Below, one piece after another: positions 61,537-64,000 of a stretch of 64,000 nucleotides of DNA. The notes beneath the pieces were generated by a model. That model made no database searches. It saw nothing but the letters and a program-made list of their open reading frames with translations, and was not told where the DNA came from. Location: positions 23,220,412-23,284,411 of the forward strand of contig NC_068983.1 in assembly GCF_001194135.2 (NCBI RefSeq), given 5' to 3'. Both the position numbers and the translations under genes were made by a program. The stretch comes from Octopus bimaculoides (Eukaryota). Numbering within the stretch: position 1 is the stretch's first letter; every line of letters begins with the position of its first letter.

Positions 61537-62594
61537 CATCATTATTATTATTCAGTGAGAGAGAAGTGCATGCCATCAAAGTGTCACTGGGGTAAAATAT
61601 ATGAAGCCCAGTATACCCATCATGACTAACCGTCTGCTAAGGGTACACCAGGCACATGCATCACAACCATATGTGTGCAACATGGTGATCTCATATCAAG
61701 ATAAATAGTGCATGACCTTGCAGGTGGGACCCAGTTAGAATTTTCTTCAGGTCAAGTAACCTATCCCGCTCAAAAGGTCCTTGAATAAGGGTTGTTTAAG
61801 GATGTTGAACGAAACACCCATGTTTCCAGAGGTGAATTATTCAAACTCCAAAGAATTCCTCTCAACACATGGCTTTGATGCTCTCGCACTACTTCTGCTC
61901 ATGATCAGAGATGCACATATCGTCAACCACTAAGGGTCATGCTCAACTGGTTAAGGTCAAACAACTGACAAGAAAATCTGTGGTATTGAGCAGAATATTT
62001 GCTGTAACCCATCTTTTATACCAATACAAAACAATGTACATGATAACACTTTCAATCAGTTAAGATCAGAAGCCATGAGAACCAGTGCCTGGTGCTGCAT
62101 CAGGGCATTTATGATTATTATTATTATTATTATATTTGGTAGTTTCAGGCTAATTTCTACTGCATCACCTGCTACGCCACCGTGTTGAGGTCAACTCATT
62201 CAACTAAAAATTGTTCAAGGTGGTGCCCCAGTCCGATGATTGAAACAAATAAAAGATATCAGAAGAAATACCACTTAGCATTTTGTCCAACACTCAAATG
62301 ATTCTGCCAGCTCGTTGCCTTAATTATAAAAACAACAACTTCCATGCTATAATATTTAAGCTTAATAATCCAATGCAGAAGGACAATAATATACGAAGAC
62401 TGTATGTATTAAAAAAACAAAAAAAGTTATGATATAACAAATTGTTAAGGATTCACTGATTTACCTCTTTTGCCATGACAACGTAGAAACCCATACCAAA
62501 GGCAATGAAAAGAATACTGTAGATACATATTGCCTGGATTAAAGTTCTCAGCACTTCAAGACACATGACCACGTGAAGACCAAAGATCTCAATC
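48687..62594 (-). CDS. TRPA1: TRPA1-like ion channel, 3' part (S4-S5 linker to C-terminus); upstream exons lie beyond the window end
   Basis: Six in-phase GT-AG exons on the - strand: 62594-62465, 60594-60400, 58954-58886, 55316-55224, 50450-50335 and 48942-48687. The spliced peptide has TRPA hallmarks PIMLMNLLIGLAVG, LKRLTMQVELHxxLExKLP, YPN and the LLRLIVRKMDISTEDD coiled coil. A small extra exon between 55224 and 50450 cannot be excluded because two N gaps lie there. Confidence 0.9.
49548..49938 (+). mobile_element. tRNA-headed SINE family D, nested in an old family C copy
   Basis: Colinear with 45341-45697; TSD ACTTTATAATA at 49535-45 and 49937-47. Confidence 0.9.
50335..50450 (-). CDS. 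TRPA1: TRPA1-like exon: pre-coiled-coil region
   Basis: tttcttgtag|AAA...AAAAG|gtaatg; KIVNEDADAGQLDAKLASLGRSIAQNAYLYDEMHQQKK; phase 0/2 matches the last exon. Confidence 0.85.
50593..50787. mobile_element. Second TTAA-type MITE family (other copies about 10540-10745, 12834-13055, 59996-60160)
   Basis: Shared internal block CATTCTAAAAATAAACAATCACATC...AAAATCTCA.AGCTA; ends resemble TTAA-CCCTTTAG / CTAAAGGG-TTAA. Confidence 0.7.
52346..53207 (+). mobile_element. maT-like (37-residue catalytic spacing) Tc1/mariner element, internally deleted
   Basis: TIRs CAGGGTGC...GCACCCTG starting in a (TA)n run. Remnants HPVNIMVFGVITSDG and WQQDSAPCYTSRRT*...IWPPNSPDCNFLEYY; 37 codons separate D (52780-82) and E (52894-96). 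Confidence 0.88.
54186..54390 (-). mobile_element. RTE 3' UTR modules next to an N gap
   Basis: Near-identical to 24935-25038 and 8027-8200. Confidence 0.88.
54703..55105 (-). mobile_element. tRNA-headed SINE family B, full length
   Basis: Colinear with 8441-8833. Confidence 0.88.
55224..55316 (-). CDS. TRPA1: TRPA1-like exon
   Basis: cattttacag|GTA...CTG|gtaagt; VELHADLESKLPRRFIQKVNKMIYRIYPNRL. Confidence 0.92.
55706..55748 (-). ncRNA. Hammerhead ribozyme family 1, degenerate stem II
   Basis: - strand reads TCTAGA CTGATGA caagcaaagacaca GAAACATGTC TCTGGA. Core and stem I are kept but stem II cannot pair. Confidence 0.65.
56107..56170 (+). ncRNA. Type I minimal hammerhead ribozyme (family 1, canonical core)
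   Basis: Stem I TCCAGA 56114-19 / TCTGGA 56151-56; core CTGATGA 56120-26; stem II TGAG/CTCA with loop CAAAGA; GAAA 56141-44; palindromic stem III ACATGT; GTC cleavage site after 56150; distal stem TTGCTA 56107-12 / TAGCAA 56165-70. Confidence 0.85.
58290..58610 (-). mobile_element. Old SINE sharing the family D central block but with a different head
   Basis: Reverse complement of AAGGGTACA...GTCTGTGGAGTGCTCAGCCA...GCAGGCTGTTC at about 58340-58400. Confidence 0.6.
58886..58954 (-). CDS. TRPA1: TRPA1-like exon: S6 end and TRP-like helix
   Basis: gttttcag|ATC...CAG|gtagat; IGLAVGNIDAVIRDARLKRLTMQ. Confidence 0.94.
60400..60594 (-). CDS. TRPA1: TRPA1-like exon: pore helices, filter and S6
   Basis: cttttatag|GAA...CTG|gtaaat; ESHAHRSPALSILRVGMMILEPEFMDNFNEPFTDDDPYTLHFGNVSILMLAMFMLFTPIMLMNLL. 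Confidence 0.93.
60916..61481 (+). mobile_element. Hammerhead-bearing partial tandem (about 402-bp unit), family 2
   Basis: GGCATATACGCCCATTA recurs at 60917 and 61319; ATAAAAATGTTT...TTTGTAGCATATTATGGTT recurs at about 61090 and 61406; the hammerhead spans the unit junction; both ends are bounded by (ATT)n. Confidence 0.7.
61265..61341 (+). ncRNA. Type I hammerhead ribozyme (family 2, canonical core)
   Basis: Stem I ATGGGTG 61282-88 / CGCCCAT 61327-33; core CTGAGGA 61289-95; stem II AGGAG/CTCCT with loop CAAAAA; GAAA 61312-15; near-palindromic stem III ATATG-G-CATAT; ATA cleavage site after 61326; distal stem ATGATTA 61266-72 / TAATCAT 61334-40. Confidence 0.82.
61553..62110. repeat. Interspersed repeat bounded by (ATT)n tracts, probably a LINE 3' UTR
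   Basis: GC-richer 560-bp block between long (ATT)n runs, with no ORF. Family assignment is from recollection only. Confidence 0.4.
62465..62594 (-). CDS. TRPA1: TRPA1-like exon: S4-S5 linker and S5
   Basis: gttttag|G ATT GAG...GAG|gtaa on the - strand; IEIFGLHVVMCLEVLRTLIQAICIYSILFIAFGMGFYVVMAKE. Confidence 0.92.
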
Positions 62595-62619
62595 CTAAAA
62601 CAAAGGAGGAAGTTAGAAT

Positions 62620-62924
62620 GTCATCATCATCATCATCATCATCATTATAATCACCATCACCACCACAATCATCATTGTCAACGTTGTCCTTGTCGCTATT
62701 GTCATCATCTTCCTCAAAGAAAGTGTCGTCATCTTCCACCTCCTCCTCCCCTCACCACCACCATCCCCACCACCACCATCATTGTCTTCGTTAATATTGT
62801 CATTGTTATTGTCATCGTCATTACCCTCATAGAAATTGTTGTCCCACTCCTCCTCTTCCTCCTCTTCCTCTTCCTCCTCTTCCTCTTCCTCCTCCTCTTC
62901 CTCCTCTTCCTCCTCTTCCCCTCT

Positions 62925-62965
<41 letters not shown>

Positions 62966-63180
62966 CTCCTCTTCCTCTTCCTCCTCCTCTTCCTCCTCTT
63001 CCTCCTCCTCCCCCTCTTCCTCCTCCTCCTTTTCATCATTATCACCACCACCATCATTATCATTATCTTTGCCATCAGATCATCACCATCATTGTCCTTG
63101 TCATCGTCATTGTGATCAACATCATCATCTTCATTGTCGTCATTATCATCCTCTTTTTTATCATCATTTTCCCCCTCCTT
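62620..63180. repeat. Compound trinucleotide low-complexity tract (TCA/CCA/CCT/CTT)
   Basis: Directly visible; intronic in the TRPA gene. Confidence 0.95.
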
Positions 63181-63458
63181 TGCCTTCTCATGCAAAGGAA
63201 AAAAAATTTGAGGTAAAAAGTAAAACAAAGATATCTACTATAATAATACTCTTGTGTTTTTCTCTGTCGCAACATACGAATGAGAAAGGAAGCGGTGATA
63301 GATGAATAAGGAAGGAAGGAAGGGGTGATGGCAAACTTGGTAGAGGGATGATGGAAATTCTACAGTGACAATAAAAAAAAAATCAAAACTATGTTTGAAC
63401 TTTGTGTGAGTATATGTGCATGTATATAAAAGGGAGGTATGTGAATGTGTGTGTGTGC

Positions 63459-63690
63459 AATGGAAGTTGGATGGTAAACATTCAATGCTGAAAAGGAAAA
63501 TCATACAGCGTTTCAACTCTTTGTGTGTGGTGTGTGTCTGTAATGGAAGTGGGATGGTGAACATTCAATGCTGAACAGGAAAATCATACAGTGTTTCAAC
63601 TCTTTGTGTGTGTGTGTGTGTAATGGAAGTGGGATGGTGAACATTCAATGCTGAAAAGGAAAATCATACAGCGTTTCAACTCTGTGTGTG
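63459..63690. repeat. Three-copy minisatellite of about 80 bp
   Basis: AATGGAAGT.GGATGGT.AACATTCAATGCTGAA.AGGAAAATCATACAG.GTTTCAACTCT at 63459, 63542 and 63622, separated by (GT)n. Confidence 0.92.
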
Positions 63691-63844
63691 TACAAGGGAA
63701 GTATGTGAACCAGTGTTCTTTCAGTAACAAATGATGATCAATGTTACATCTCAAAAGACAACCACTGGATAACATTGACAAGTGTATTAATTTGATTTAC
63801 CATCCATATTCTATTTTGTCCTTATTTATATATAAAATACAACA

Positions 63845-63957
63845 ATCAGATTGGAGCCTGGTGTAGTCATCCGGTTTCATCAGTCCTCAGTCAAATCGTC
63901 CAACCCATGCTAGCATGGAAAGCGGACATTAAACGATGATGATGATGATGATGATGA
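63845..63957 (+). mobile_element. RTE 3'-end copy
   Basis: GATTGGAGCCTGGTG...GGACATTAAACGATGATGAT... Confidence 0.9.
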
Positions 63958-64000
63958 ATTAGGCGTCATATTTTATGGCACGGGGCCAGCTAGTATATAT

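Noticed and set aside
62827-63305. Poly-Ser/Pro and Arg/Gly/Asp-rich ORFs
   Set aside because: Translations of trinucleotide low-complexity DNA in a TRPA intron, with no splice or homology support.
63459-63690. Regularly spaced repeats resembling a CRISPR array
   Set aside because: Spacers are (GT)n microsatellite, units are about 65 bp, and the context is eukaryotic.

Overview
AT-rich, intron- and repeat-rich animal genomic DNA with eight N gaps. The SINE/RTE repertoire looks like Octopus (coleoid cephalopod); that is my recognition, not a database result. Two multi-exon genes converge. (1) A + strand ubiquilin (UBL, STI1 repeats, UBA): 13 coding exons at 12360-39254, all GT-AG and phase-compatible, 1827 nt = 608 aa + stop; its first coding exon is not found in the window. 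(2) The 3' end of a - strand TRPA1-like channel: 6 exons at 62594-48687 covering the S4-S5 linker, S5, pore, S6, TRP-like helix and coiled coil. Introns hold RTE LINE copies and tails, three tRNA-headed SINE families, decayed mariner, maT-like and Tigger/pogo transposons, a Penelope-like GIY-YIG fragment, and hAT and TTAA MITEs. The most unusual signal is a set of type I hammerhead ribozymes in two unrelated 330-400 bp tandem-unit (retrozyme-like) families. Two match the canonical core (56114-56156 and 61282-61333, both antisense to the TRPA gene); two are broken (55706-55748 and 34217-34250, both sense to their host pre-mRNA). Both insertions of the first family are TSD-bounded and partly inverted, as expected from twin-primed reverse transcription of a multimeric RNA.
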